Positions 1 to 9,947 of a stretch of DNA of 43,557 nt are shown piece after piece. Every line of letters begins with the position of its first letter. The first letter of the stretch is position 1. The stretch comes from Ignavibacteriales bacterium (lineage in GTDB: Bacteria > Bacteroidota > Ignavibacteria > Ignavibacteriales > Melioribacteraceae), in assembly GCA_016929735.1 (NCBI GenBank), contig JAFGID010000185.1, positions 1 to 43,557 on the forward strand. Reading direction: 5' to 3'. Made by a program: the position numbers and the translations under genes. A model generated the notes under the pieces. That model ran no database searches and had not been told where the DNA came from. It was given only the letters and a program-made list of their open reading frames with translations.

Positions 1-62
1 ATTGTTATTTTTCATTAATATTCATAAATTTGTAACCTTTATTAAAATAAATAGAGTAAAAA

Positions 63-209
63 ATGAAAAGAACATTTCAACCGAGCAATCGTAAGCGAAA
101 AAATAAGCACGGGTTCAGAGAAAGAATGTCAACCAAAAACGGACGAAAAGTACTAGCAAGTCGAAGAGCAAAAGGTAGAAAGAAATTAACAGTTAGCGAT
201 GAAAAATAA
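63..209 (+). CDS. rpmH: 50S ribosomal protein L34
   Basis: Below the ORF-track size cutoff. Hand translation gives [48 protein letters not shown], a near-consensus L34. It sits directly upstream of rnpA, as in most bacteria. Confidence 0.95.
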   Translation: MKRTFQPSNRKRKNKHGFRERMSTKNGRKVLASRRAKGRKKLTVSDEK

Positions 210-211
210 TT

Positions 212-607
212 TTGAAAAAGTTTGGCCTTTCAAAAAAGGAAAAAATTAAAAGTAAAAACGAATTTGCTTTAGTTTATTCTGAAGGAAATGTCATTTATTC
301 AAAAGGAAATGTATTAAAAGCAAATTATTATAAAATTGAAAACCCTGAAAAACTTGAAATCAAAGTTGCTTTTGCTGTTCATAAAAAATCTGGTATTGCC
401 GTCTGGCGTAATAGAATAAAAAGATTACTAAGAGAAGCATATCGTTTGAATAAAGAAATTTTATCTTCAAATCTTAATAATTTATTTCTGCTGATTGTTT
501 TTTCGCCTAATGCTCTTAAAGAAAAAAATAATAAAAAAATTAAATATCAGGATATTTGTCCCGAGGTGATAAGTATCTTAAATCAAATTAAGGAAAAGGT
601 GGTATGA
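212..607 (+). CDS. rnpA: Ribonuclease P protein component
   Basis: A 131-aa basic protein with a TTG start 3 nt after the rpmH stop. It has the [10 protein letters not shown] and [13 protein letters not shown] motifs typical of RnpA and lies in the conserved rpmH-rnpA-yidD-yidC order. Confidence 0.85.
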   Translation: MKKFGLSKKEKIKSKNEFALVYSEGNVIYSKGNVLKANYYKIENPEKLEIKVAFAVHKKSGIAVWRNRIKRLLREAYRLNKEILSSNLNNLFLLIVFSPNALKEKNNKKIKYQDICPEVISILNQIKEKVV

Positions 608-813
608 AACATTTTTTCATATTGCTAATAAAATTTTATCAAAAAACAATTTCACCTCTGTTTCCTCCGAGTTGTAGATTTTACCCAACCTGCTCAGATT
701 ACTCAATTGAAGCATTTAAAAAATATGGTGTTTTCAAAGGTGGGGCAAAATCAATATGGAGAATCTTGCGTTGTAATCCGTTTAATAAAGGGGGAATTGA
801 TCATCTTAAATAA
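604..813 (+). CDS. yidD: Membrane protein insertion efficiency factor YidD
   Basis: A 69-aa protein with [22 protein letters not shown]...[14 protein letters not shown], the YidD signature. Its start overlaps the rnpA stop in an ATGA. Confidence 0.92.
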   Translation: MKHFFILLIKFYQKTISPLFPPSCRFYPTCSDYSIEAFKKYGVFKGGAKSIWRILRCNPFNKGGIDHLK

Positions 814-828
814 TTTACTGGAGTTTTA

Positions 829-2667
829 ATGGATAAAAAAACTATTCTTGCATTTGTAGCAATGGGGGCAATTTTCATTATTTGGATGTATTTGAATACT
901 CCCGAGCCTCAACAACAAAAACAACAAACAGATTCGACACAGGTAAAAACCGACTCTATTATTAGTCCTCAAATTGATACGATAAAAACTCAAGAAATAG
1001 ATAAAATTGCAATAACAGATGCACGTTTTATTTCTGTAGATACCACAGAAAGAATAATAACAATCGAGACTGATTTGGCAATAGTTGAATTGACAAATAA
1101 GGGGGGAGGTTTCAAGAAATTATATCTGAAAGAATATAAAGCTTGGTATCATGGACTGGTTAAAGATGAAAATGATTTTTATGGAAAGCACGTTCAGTTA
1201 ATAAATGAGAAGGGGCAAAGCGTATTTAATATATCATTTGCTACCCTTAGTGAAGTTATAAATACAGGAAATATATTTTTTGGAAGCGATAAGAATGGAA
1301 CCTATTATAAAATTTCAGGTGAACAAAGTTTTGATATTAGTTACACGTATAAGTTAGACGAAGAAAAATCAATTATTAAAACTTATAAATTTTACGCGAA
1401 TGATTATGCTGTTGATTTTGTGGTAGAGCTAAATAATATGCAGGATATAATAAGTGGATACAGGTATGATGTAGTTTGGGAAAATGGAGTAAAATTCAAC
1501 GAGAAAAATTCTCAGGAGGAAGCTACATACTCGAATTCGAGTGTTTATGCTGGAGATGAGTTGACAATTGTTGACGTTAGCTCTGCTGGAGAAAAAGTTA
1601 AGCAGGATATTAATGGAAAAATTGATTGGGTGTCAGCACGAAGTAAATATTTTACCGTAATTATTGCTCCCGAAGAAAAAAATTCAGAGAGTGGTGCGCA
1701 TTTTATAGGTGAATTTCTTGTCAAAAATAATAAAATTGCCGGCGAACTATATGATATCAGTATGAAAATTCCGATGAAAAATCCACAAAGGCAGGTGGAT
1801 AAGTTTAAGCTATATATCGGACCCATAGACTATGATATTTTAGAATCTTATGGGCAGAAATTCGAAGAAATGTTTGATTGGGGTAGCTTTCTTGGATTAG
1901 GTTTTATTATGCGTCCGATTTCTGAATATATATTTTTACCATTACTTAAATTCTTACATTCCTTTGTACCTAACTATGGTTTGGTAATTATTTTATTTTC
2001 AATAATTATAAAGCTTTTACTTTTCCCTCTTACAAGGAAAAGTTATAAAGCAATGCGAAAGACGCAAGCATTGCAACCAAAAATTGCTGAGATAAAAGAA
2101 AAGTATGGTGATGATAAACGTAAGGTTCAAGAAGAAACGATGAAATTATACCGCACGTATGGGATAAATCCAATGGGGGGATGCCTTCCATTACTACTCC
2201 AAATGCCCATATTAGTCGCTCTATGGAGTTTGTTCAGAGTTGCAATTGAAATAAGACAGCAACCATTTATGCTGTGGATTAATGATTTATCCGTTCCTGA
2301 TGTTATATTTACATTACCAAAATGGTTTCCATTATTCAGTCAAGTTAGTGGACTTGCACTATTACTTGGTATTTCAATGTTCATACAACAAAAAATGACA
2401 ATGAGGGATCCGAGTCAAAAAATGTTACTCTATATGATGCCCATTTTAATGTTGATGATATTTATGCATTTGCCTTCGGGACTTAATTTATATTATCTTG
2501 TGTTTAACCTTTTATCAATCTATCAACAAAAATATATGGGTAAGAAAAAGGGCGAGGAAGACCTTGTGCCTGTTGCACCAAAAGACAGGAAAAAAGGATT
2601 TATGGCACGATTGTCTGACGCAGCAGAGCAACAAAGGAAGATGCAGCAAAAGGGTAAAAGACGATAA
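829..2667 (+). CDS. yidC: Membrane protein insertase YidC
   Basis: A 612-aa protein with an N-terminal TM segment, a large periplasmic domain and a C-terminal 60-kDa insertase core (LLFPLTRKSYKAMRKTQALQPKI..., GINPMGGCLPLLLQMPIL, basic tail). An SD-like tggag lies upstream. Confidence 0.95.
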   Translation: MDKKTILAFVAMGAIFIIWMYLNTPEPQQQKQQTDSTQVKTDSIISPQIDTIKTQEIDKIAITDARFISVDTTERIITIETDLAIVELTNKGGGFKKLYLKEYKAWYHGLVKDENDFYGKHVQLINEKGQSVFNISFATLSEVINTGNIFFGSDKNGTYYKISGEQSFDISYTYKLDEEKSIIKTYKFYANDYAVDFVVELNNMQDIISGYRYDVVWENGVKFNEKNSQEEATYSNSSVYAGDELTIVDVSSAGEKVKQDINGKIDWVSARSKYFTVIIAPEEKNSESGAHFIGEFLVKNNKIAGELYDISMKIPMKNPQRQVDKFKLYIGPIDYDILESYGQKFEEMFDWGSFLGLGFIMRPISEYIFLPLLKFLHSFVPNYGLVIILFSIIIKLLLFPLTRKSYKAMRKTQALQPKIAEIKEKYGDDKRKVQEETMKLYRTYGINPMGGCLPLLLQMPILVALWSLFRVAIEIRQQPFMLWINDLSVPDVIFTLPKWFPLFSQVSGLALLLGISMFIQQKMTMRDPSQKMLLYMMPILMLMIFMHLPSGLNLYYLVFNLLSIYQQKYMGKKKGEEDLVPVAPKDRKKGFMARLSDAAEQQRKMQQKGKRR

Positions 2668-2684
2668 ACATTAATTTTTATCTT

Positions 2685-2722
2685 AAACCCAATTCTTGAT
2701 TATTAGAGTTGGGTTTTATTTT
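2685..2722 (+). terminator. Rho-independent terminator after yidC
   Basis: aaacccaattct / agagttgggttt forms a 12-bp stem with one G-U pair and an 8-nt loop, followed by a T-rich tail. It overlaps the 5' extension of the next ORF in the track, which argues for the later ATG at 2727. Confidence 0.7.
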
Positions 2723-2726
2723 GTGT

Positions 2727-5432
2727 ATGAGAAAAACATTTAAAATATTATTTATTTTTTTATCATTAAATTTTGTATCTTTATCTCAAGATACAATTAC
2801 TCTTTCTCTCAAGTATTCAAACCACCAACTTCCTTTTGGCTTAATAGAAAAAGTACCAAGCAACTCGCCCAATATCGGCTTGGTTTTAAGTGGTGGTGGT
2901 TCGCGTGGAATTGCACACTTAGGCGTAATTAAAGCTTTGGTTGAAAATAATATTCCGATTACTCATATTATCGGAACAAGTATGGGAAGTATTGTCGGTG
3001 GTTTTTTTTCAGCAGGGTATAGTATTGAGGATTTAGATAATTTAATTTCTGAAGCTGATTGGAATCAATTCTTGGCTATAAATGAAACCGAAAGGAAAGA
3101 ATTATTTGTTGACCAAAAAATTACTGAAGACAAAGCAATTTTTGCATTACGTCTTGATGGATTAACACCTGTTTTGCCTACCTCAATAAATTCAGGACAG
3201 AGAGTCGCAAATTTTTTAAATCTTTTATCGTTAAATGCACCGTTGCATAATGAGATAGATTTTTCAAAACTGCTATACAAATTTTCAGCTGTATCAACTG
3301 ATTTGGTAACTGGTAATACAGTCGTAATTAATGACGGTTCATTACCAAAAGCAATACGTGCAAGTTCAAGTGTTTCTTTTTTGTTGGCTCCGGTAAAAAT
3401 GGATTCTTTGCTTCTTATTGATGGAGGATTAGTAGCAAATATTCCAGTTAAAATTGCAAGGGACCAAAAATGCGATATTGTAATAACCTCAAATACGGTT
3501 AGCCCATTACTTGAGCGAGAAGAACTCGATTCACCAATTAATATGGCAGACCAGATACTAAGTATTCCAATGAAAATTATTAATGAGCAAAATTTGGATT
3601 TGTCCGATATTGTGATTAAACCAGATTTAATTGGCAGGAAGAATACCGATTTTACGAATACTACGGAGATGGTAGAGGCTGGTTATTTGGCAACCCTCGA
3701 ACAGTTAGCAGATATTAAAATTATTGTTGAGCACCACTTCAAAGATAATTTGGATGTTGAAGAATTTTTAATTTCCAATCTAACAACCGACTCAAATCCG
3801 ACACAAGAAGAAATTAAGATGTTTGAAAAATATAAAAATAAAGATTCTTTGTCTAACAAAGATTTACTCTTCGAGATTAGCTCAATGATGGAAAGTGGTG
3901 ATTATGAAAATATTAAAATTATACTTTTACCAATTGAAGGACAGACAATATTAAAACTCAACATTTCTGAAAATCCAAAAATTAAATCAATTGAATTAAT
4001 CGGGGCAAATATCATCGAGGAGGATTCAATTTATTCACGACTCAATATTTTAGAAAACAAAGCATTCAACGCAAAGAAAATTCTCTTAGCGCTGCTTGAT
4101 GTATTAAGGTATTATAAATCTGAAGGTTTTTCTCTTGCAGAAATTAACAAAGTGAATTTTATTGAAGAAAGTGGGGAACTTGAGATTTTTTTATCAGAAG
4201 GAATAATATCAGAGATAAAAATTATTGGCAATGAAAAAACTAATCGTGATTTAATTACTCGCGAATTGGATTTTTCAGTTAATTCATATTTTAAATATGA
4301 TGATGCAATAAAAAGTTTGGATAATTTACGAAATACAAGATTGTTCAATGATGTGGAATTATCAATTGAAAAATCAAGTGATAAAAATATAGTTGTCCTA
4401 AAAGTCGAGGAAAAAATAAGTAGTCTTCTTCGCTTTGGACTTAGAGCAGATAATGAATATCTTACACAGATATCAATGGATATAAGGAATGAAAATTTAT
4501 GGGGGAGTGGCACTGAAATAGGAGCAATTATTTCTGCTGGATCAAGAAGTCGAAGTATCATTCTTGAACATAAATCAAACAGATTGTTTGATACGTATAT
4601 CAATTATAGAATTGCTGCTTATCTAAAAGGCGTTGATATTTATACATATAGTGAAGATGTAACAGATAAGCCAACAGTTAATTCAAGAACAAGGTACGGA
4701 GAATATCGACAAACATATCTTGGTGCATCATTGGGTATAGGTTTTAATGTAGGTAAGTTTGGAAATATATTATCTGAATTAAAGTACCAATCAGAGAAAA
4801 TAAGTAACATCAGTAATTTTTTTATTGATTATATGAAGGTTAATATCGCATCATTAAAATTAAGTCTCTTAATTGATACACAAGATAAATATCCCTATCC
4901 TGATAATGGATTCTTAATAAGTGGATATTATGAGATGGCTCAAAAATTTTTCGGCAGTCAATTGGGTTATGTAAAAGCATATTTCGAATATAATGGATAC
5001 TTTAGTTTAAGTAAGTTGTTTACGGTAAAAACAATGTCAAGAATTGGTTATGGAGATAATACTTTACCATACACTCAATATTTTTCTCTTGGGGGGCAGT
5101 ATTCTTTTTTGGGATTAAGAGAATATGAATATGTAGGAAGGCAAATATTCATTTCATCGCTTGGGCTTAAATACAAATTGCCATTTAAAATATTTTTTGA
5201 TAGTTATGCGCAGGTAAGGTATGACCTCGGTTCAGTTTGGGCATATCAGGAACAAATAAGGTTTAAGGATTTGAAGCACGGAATCGGCCTAATTTTATCA
5301 TTTGATACACCTCTCGGGCCTGCTGATTTTTCTGTTGGTAAAAGTTTCTATATAATAAGGTCATTAGCTGATAGTCAAATAAGTTGGGGCCCAACATTTT
5401 TTTATTTTAATATTGGTTATTATCTAAGATGA
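2727..5432 (+). CDS. Patatin-like phospholipase fused to a POTRA + Omp85/surface-antigen (D15) beta-barrel (PlpD-like architecture)
   Basis: Patatin motifs GLVLSGGGSRGIAHLGV and GTSMGSIVG, plus a DGG catalytic-Asp region. The middle holds a POTRA-like segment and the C-terminus is an aromatic-rich beta-barrel. I chose the start at the ATG (MRKTFKILF..., a signal peptide) downstream of the terminator. Confidence 0.8.
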   Translation: MRKTFKILFIFLSLNFVSLSQDTITLSLKYSNHQLPFGLIEKVPSNSPNIGLVLSGGGSRGIAHLGVIKALVENNIPITHIIGTSMGSIVGGFFSAGYSIEDLDNLISEADWNQFLAINETERKELFVDQKITEDKAIFALRLDGLTPVLPTSINSGQRVANFLNLLSLNAPLHNEIDFSKLLYKFSAVSTDLVTGNTVVINDGSLPKAIRASSSVSFLLAPVKMDSLLLIDGGLVANIPVKIARDQKCDIVITSNTVSPLLEREELDSPINMADQILSIPMKIINEQNLDLSDIVIKPDLIGRKNTDFTNTTEMVEAGYLATLEQLADIKIIVEHHFKDNLDVEEFLISNLTTDSNPTQEEIKMFEKYKNKDSLSNKDLLFEISSMMESGDYENIKIILLPIEGQTILKLNISENPKIKSIELIGANIIEEDSIYSRLNILENKAFNAKKILLALLDVLRYYKSEGFSLAEINKVNFIEESGELEIFLSEGIISEIKIIGNEKTNRDLITRELDFSVNSYFKYDDAIKSLDNLRNTRLFNDVELSIEKSSDKNIVVLKVEEKISSLLRFGLRADNEYLTQISMDIRNENLWGSGTEIGAIISAGSRSRSIILEHKSNRLFDTYINYRIAAYLKGVDIYTYSEDVTDKPTVNSRTRYGEYRQTYLGASLGIGFNVGKFGNILSELKYQSEKISNISNFFIDYMKVNIASLKLSLLIDTQDKYPYPDNGFLISGYYEMAQKFFGSQLGYVKAYFEYNGYFSLSKLFTVKTMSRIGYGDNTLPYTQYFSLGGQYSFLGLREYEYVGRQIFISSLGLKYKLPFKIFFDSYAQVRYDLGSVWAYQEQIRFKDLKHGIGLILSFDTPLGPADFSVGKSFYIIRSLADSQISWGPTFFYFNIGYYLR

Positions 5433-5488
5433 TTTTAAAAGACTCGTATTAAATTGCCGTAAAATAAAAATCTGAGTCATTCTAAAAT

Positions 5489-6310
5489 TTAATTGGATTT
5501 TTCTTTATTATTTATTCTGATTGATTCGTTTGTATTCCACCAGTCAGTCGGTAGCTCAATGATATAATCAACAAATTTATCATCATCCTGAAACTGAAGA
5601 TTGTCTTTATATGATTCCGAATTTTGCCAGATTGAATTTAACAATGAAGTAAGAAATAAGTTTTGTAATCTTCTACTTATTTTATTATTGACGAGGATAG
5701 CATCAGAGTTGCGTGCAAATAGAACAATCGGAATAGTAGAAAAAAATATTTTGAAATCGAGAAAGAATGATTTGAATTTAAAATAAATCAAGTCTAAAGC
5801 AATCAAATCCCTAATTCCCCTTGTCCTATCCCCAAATATTTGCCACAGTCCAGTCAAACCCGGTTTTGCTTCGATCTGTTTTCGCTTTTCATAATACTTA
5901 GGATATTCGTTTTTCATTATCTCTAGATCGTTTATCATAAGTGGACGTGGTCCGATAAAACTCATTTGTCCCAAAATAATATTTAATAATTGAGGTAGTT
6001 CATCAAGTCCGGATTTCCTTAACCAACCAGCAAATGGTGTAATTGATGTCGCTAAATTTTTCTTAAAAAAAATATCATTCGTTCCAGTATGATTTAATAA
6101 CGCTTTATCTTTTTCTTTAATTGTTTTGAACTTAAAAATATTGAATTTAAAATTTTCTAATGTAAGTCCCCGCTCCTGAATAAAAATAGGGAATTGTCTT
6201 AATTCAATTAAAAGAATAATGGTGAACAGCAACATAATAGGAAGTGTAATGATGAAAAGTATTATTCCACCTAAAAAATCTAAAAGTCGTTTTATTATTT
6301 TGTAATTCAT
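5489..6310 (-). CDS. Bacterial sugar transferase (polyprenyl-phosphate hexose-1-phosphate transferase family)
   Basis: N-terminal TM segment, then DELPQLLNIILGQMSFIGPRPL and GLTGLWQI motifs typical of the WbaP/EpsL-type sugar transferase domain. Confidence 0.85.
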   Translation of the reverse strand: MNYKIIKRLLDFLGGIILFIITLPIMLLFTIILLIELRQFPIFIQERGLTLENFKFNIFKFKTIKEKDKALLNHTGTNDIFFKKNLATSITPFAGWLRKSGLDELPQLLNIILGQMSFIGPRPLMINDLEIMKNEYPKYYEKRKQIEAKPGLTGLWQIFGDRTRGIRDLIALDLIYFKFKSFFLDFKIFFSTIPIVLFARNSDAILVNNKISRRLQNLFLTSLLNSIWQNSESYKDNLQFQDDDKFVDYIIELPTDWWNTNESIRINNKEKSN

Positions 6311-6322
6311 TGAAGAGATTGC

Positions 6323-7099
6323 TTAACTGAATAATAAGGTCCACAAAATATAATCTAAAATTAAAATCATCGCAGCGCAAAGAACGAAAGAACGTATTGT
6401 GGAATTTCCAACTCCTTCTGCTCCTCCTTCGGTTCTAAAACCGATATAACAACCAATAAGAGCAGTTACACCTCCAAAAAACAATCCTTTCATTACGCCA
6501 AATACAAAATCCCATATTTCAAAATATCTTTTTGCTGATTCAAAAAAAACTGCGAATGAAACATCGAGAAAATAATTTGATATTAGAAATGCGCCAAGTA
6601 CTGCTATTATATTTGCAAAAATAACAAGAATAGGTAGCATAATTATTGATGCCACGAAACGTGGCATAGCTAAAAATCTTACAGGGCTTATACCCATTGT
6701 TTCAAGTGCATCAATTTGTTCGGTTACTTTCATTGAACCTAACTCAGCAGCTATTGACGAACCAACTCTTCCTGCTAAGACTAAAGCTGTAAGTACCGGG
6801 CCAAGTTCTGTAATAATCGCTCTGCTTGTAGCAGTTCCAAGGAATGAAAGCGGAGCAATGCCTGATAATTGGTATGCTGCTTGCCATGCTGCAACTGCAC
6901 CGGTGAAGCTGGCAATAACGAAAACCAATGGCAATGAATTTACACCTATATGTTCCATCTGGTAAAGAACTAATTTTCTACTTTTAATTATGTTAGGAAA
7001 ATATCGGATAATTTGAACTAATAAACGAGCAACCTGACCAAACTCATCAAAAAAGTTTATTGTTTTTCTACCGATTTTTTCAAAAAAATTTACAAACAT
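6323..7099 (-). CDS. mlaE: MlaE/YrbE-family ABC transporter permease
   Basis: A 258-aa polytopic protein with the pattern ITELGPVLTALVLAGRVGSSIAAELGSMKVTEQIDALETMGISP, characteristic of MlaE permeases. Confidence 0.85.
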   Translation of the reverse strand: MFVNFFEKIGRKTINFFDEFGQVARLLVQIIRYFPNIIKSRKLVLYQMEHIGVNSLPLVFVIASFTGAVAAWQAAYQLSGIAPLSFLGTATSRAIITELGPVLTALVLAGRVGSSIAAELGSMKVTEQIDALETMGISPVRFLAMPRFVASIIMLPILVIFANIIAVLGAFLISNYFLDVSFAVFFESAKRYFEIWDFVFGVMKGLFFGGVTALIGCYIGFRTEGGAEGVGNSTIRSFVLCAAMILILDYILWTLLFS

Positions 7100-7203
7100 T
7101 TAACTTACCAAATATTTTTGATAATATTTGTTTTACGATTGCAATATACATAAAGTAACTCTTTTTTGAAAAGGAAAATAAAGTGATGCTGTAAAATTTG
7201 GAG

Positions 7204-8472
7204 TTATTTTAATCTATTTTTTTCCAAAAATAAAATTCTTTCTGAGAGTTTTGGATGAGTTCCTGCTAACTTCACTTTTCTATAAGTTTCGTACGAAAGT
7301 AATACACTATCTGGATTTTTAATAAGAACTTTTAGCAACGATTGATATTCTTCTTGATTTATTTTATTATCCCTTTTAATATTATCAAACAAATTCCAGT
7401 TAACGACTTTACTTGGCTTTTCAGTGTAAAATTGTAGCAGTTTTCTGTTTATTCTTTTATTTTCTTTTAATATAGTTTCTTCGGGTATTTTTAGTTTTAA
7501 TTCTTTTAGTTCTTTTGATTGAAAAGTAATTTTTACCGCATTTTTAATTTGTTCAGGCGAAGTAACAATTTCCGGTAAGTTTTTTTCCACCAATTCAATA
7601 ATATTACTCAAGTAATTAATTGACAACTTTTTATCCTTCCTAATCATTCTTAACACTAATTGAAGATAGTAATGATATACGTCAATGTTTTTCGCTACCG
7701 TCAGAAGTCCATTTATGAAATTTAATTTTCCATAATTTTCTGCAGCATAATAATCCGACAAATATTCCAATACCTTTGATTTTGAAACACCAATTAAAGC
7801 ATAAAAAATTCCAATAATAAAAAATGTCGAAAAAAAGAAAAACAATAATATTACAAGTTCACTATTTGTTATTATGCTTAAGTATGCTGGAAGTAAACCG
7901 ATTAGAAGAAAAACAAATATTCGCGAGCGGAATAGCGGAAACATATATTTGTAGAAATGAGCAGCTTCGTGTGCAATAATAGCTTTCAATTCAAATTCAT
8001 TTAACCTATAAAATTGTGATTCAGAAATATAAATTGCGTTGACAGATTTAATAAAGTTAAAAAACAGTGAGTTGATCGTAAAAACCCCCAAATGTTTTTC
8101 TCTCATTAAATAAATTTTTGGTTTTTCTCTACGATTAAATTTTTCAATCACCTCGTAAAATATTTCTTTGATTTTTTTAATCGTAAAATTTCCAATCGTA
8201 ATCGAATCATCTATATTAAGCAGAAGTTTTTTTCGCATAAAGATCATTGCGATATATGGTTTGGTAAAGAAAAATAAAATCAAACCTAAACTTAAAAAAA
8301 TAATAAAAAAGTGAGTTTCAGTTTTTGCTACATCAATGAGTTTGATGGAAAGGTATATATTGGCAGTAATAACTAAAAAGAGCGTAATATAGTTTAGAAT
8401 AACAAAGACTTTAAATGAAGTTTCTAGTTTATTTTTATCTGGTATTTTAGTGGGTATTATAAATTCTTCCAT
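7204..8472 (-). CDS. M48-family membrane zinc metalloprotease (HtpX/Ste24-like) with a long C-terminal helical extension
   Basis: HEAAH zinc motif between TM segments, and a downstream EYLSDYYAAE that could supply the third-ligand Glu. 422 aa. Confidence 0.65.
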   Translation of the reverse strand: MEEFIIPTKIPDKNKLETSFKVFVILNYITLFLVITANIYLSIKLIDVAKTETHFFIIFLSLGLILFFFTKPYIAMIFMRKKLLLNIDDSITIGNFTIKKIKEIFYEVIEKFNRREKPKIYLMREKHLGVFTINSLFFNFIKSVNAIYISESQFYRLNEFELKAIIAHEAAHFYKYMFPLFRSRIFVFLLIGLLPAYLSIITNSELVILLFFFFSTFFIIGIFYALIGVSKSKVLEYLSDYYAAENYGKLNFINGLLTVAKNIDVYHYYLQLVLRMIRKDKKLSINYLSNIIELVEKNLPEIVTSPEQIKNAVKITFQSKELKELKLKIPEETILKENKRINRKLLQFYTEKPSKVVNWNLFDNIKRDNKINQEEYQSLLKVLIKNPDSVLLSYETYRKVKLAGTHPKLSERILFLEKNRLK

Positions 8473-8582
8473 TTTACAAAATTAAATTTAATTTCTGTAT
8501 GAAAATAACAATATTTTTTTAAATGAAAAATCATACATTATATTATCTTACAAAAATAAAAGTAAAAAAATGGGATAATTTT

Positions 8583-9140
8583 ATGGAAAAGCATATTTGT
8601 CCATTCTGGGTGGGTTATTTTTTAGCATCGCCAATAAGAAAACTGTACCATAATCCGAATAAGATATTATCATCCTATGTCAGACAGAATATGAATGTAA
8701 TTGACATTGGAAGTGCTATGGGTTTTTTCAGTTTACCATTAGCAGAAATGGTCAAACCGAATGGAAAAGTTTTTTGTGTAGATGTCCAAAAAAGGATGCT
8801 TGATGTACTTAAAAAGAAAGCAAAGAAGAAGAAATTGACTGAACAAATAGAGTTTATTTATTGTACTGAGAAAACTTTGGACATCGACCATCTTAAAGAG
8901 CAAATAGATTTTGTGCTTGCCTTTGCTGTATTGCACGAACTACCAGAAACGAAAAAATTTTTCGAGGAAATTTATTCAGTTATGAAAAAAGGAAGTAAAA
9001 TTTTAATTGCCGAACCAAAGGGTCATGTTTCAAATGATGATTTTGAAAGAACTTTATTATTAGCTAAAGAACAAGGTTTTAATATTATTTCTTCACCAAA
9101 AATTGCTAAGAGTCATAGTGTGGTGTTGGATAAGAATTGA
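8583..9140 (+). CDS. Class I SAM-dependent methyltransferase
   Basis: N-terminal CPFWVGYFLASPIRK and SAM motif I VIDIGSAMGFF, followed by an acidic loop. The ORF track starts at 8523. I prefer the ATG at 8583, but the start is uncertain. Confidence 0.75.
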   Translation: MEKHICPFWVGYFLASPIRKLYHNPNKILSSYVRQNMNVIDIGSAMGFFSLPLAEMVKPNGKVFCVDVQKRMLDVLKKKAKKKKLTEQIEFIYCTEKTLDIDHLKEQIDFVLAFAVLHELPETKKFFEEIYSVMKKGSKILIAEPKGHVSNDDFERTLLLAKEQGFNIISSPKIAKSHSVVLDKN

Positions 9141-9255
9141 TTGTGCAAGCAATTTATGATAAATAAAAAATTTTTAGTATTTTTGAAAAAGTTTATACAG
9201 AAATAATGAACATAATAGAATAAACACAATTTATCACAGTCGGTACAATGTAATT

Positions 9256-9768
9256 ATGAAACTTCGAAAAGCCATTTTTGATATTGCAATTTTAATAGCA
9301 TTATTAAGTTGTTCCGAAGATAATAATATTGTTGAATCACAACAAAGTTGGTTATGTGGAACAGTTCCTGATACAAGATGGACACAATATGTGACGAACG
9401 ATAGTCTAATTGGCAGTTGGACTATTACTACAATTCAATATAGCAAAGGTCAAGGACAGGTACATCTCTTTGACACATCTTATAATTTAAACGCACCACT
9501 TATCTTAAATCCATATAATTCAGGAACAATTTACTCCTTACCATTAAATTGGATTCTTACAGCTTCAACATCTAATTCTCCTAGATTAATAATTACAAAT
9601 ATTGATACTTTATTTCCATTTAAAATAAAGTTTATTCATAATAATATCGCAGAAATATATCCGCAATCACCACCTAGCACAAAAATCAATTCGGGCTTCT
9701 TTGCAACTGCAGGAAAAGGTGAAAAAGGTCAATGGGAACAGGTATATATTAGTTTTAGAAGAAATTAA
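9256..9768 (+). CDS. Hypothetical lipoprotein
   Basis: Signal peptide with lipobox LLSC. I recognised no other motif. Confidence 0.5.
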   Translation: MKLRKAIFDIAILIALLSCSEDNNIVESQQSWLCGTVPDTRWTQYVTNDSLIGSWTITTIQYSKGQGQVHLFDTSYNLNAPLILNPYNSGTIYSLPLNWILTASTSNSPRLIITNIDTLFPFKIKFIHNNIAEIYPQSPPSTKINSGFFATAGKGEKGQWEQVYISFRRN

Positions 9769-9947
9769 ACACATAGCATGATGTATCATTATTCCCATTC
9801 ATTAAGAATTATTAAAATCTTATATTAAACTTTTTCTCTTTTTCCTTTGAAAAATCCCTGTTTATTTTTTCTCTTTAAGAAATTTCTATTTTTTCTTTAT
9901 CTTTCCAATGCAAAATTTTATTATTTCAATAAATTTCAAAAACGGTT

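Noticed and set aside
1-62. Replication origin or DnaA boxes next to rpmH
   Set aside because: rpmH-rnpA-yidC often lies near oriC, but only 62 nt are visible upstream and no TTATCCACA-like box is present. The window cannot settle this.
2709-2726. 5' extensions of track ORFs (2709, 31815, 36804, 37159, 39936, 42044; also 38605)
   Set aside because: The extensions overlap terminators or the preceding gene, or lack an SD. In each case an internal ATG preceded by GGAG/AGGAG starts a signal peptide or a conserved N-terminus.
4112-4603. 163-aa ORF antisense to the patatin-Omp85 gene
   Set aside because: It lies entirely inside a well-supported gene on the other strand. Its translation is low-complexity (S/L/I-rich) with no motif, which is typical of spurious ORFs in AT-rich DNA.
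5433-5488. Hairpin between the convergent patatin and sugar-transferase genes
   Set aside because: The stem is only 5 bp (gactc/gagtc) with a loop of about 27 nt, which is too weak to call a terminator.
9831-9898. Three T/C-rich tracts (ttttttctcttt-like) upstream of the octaheme cytochrome operon
   Set aside because: These are low-complexity polypyrimidine runs with irregular spacing (about 34 and 24 nt). I could not distinguish them from compositional bias, though they may belong to the operon's promoter or leader.
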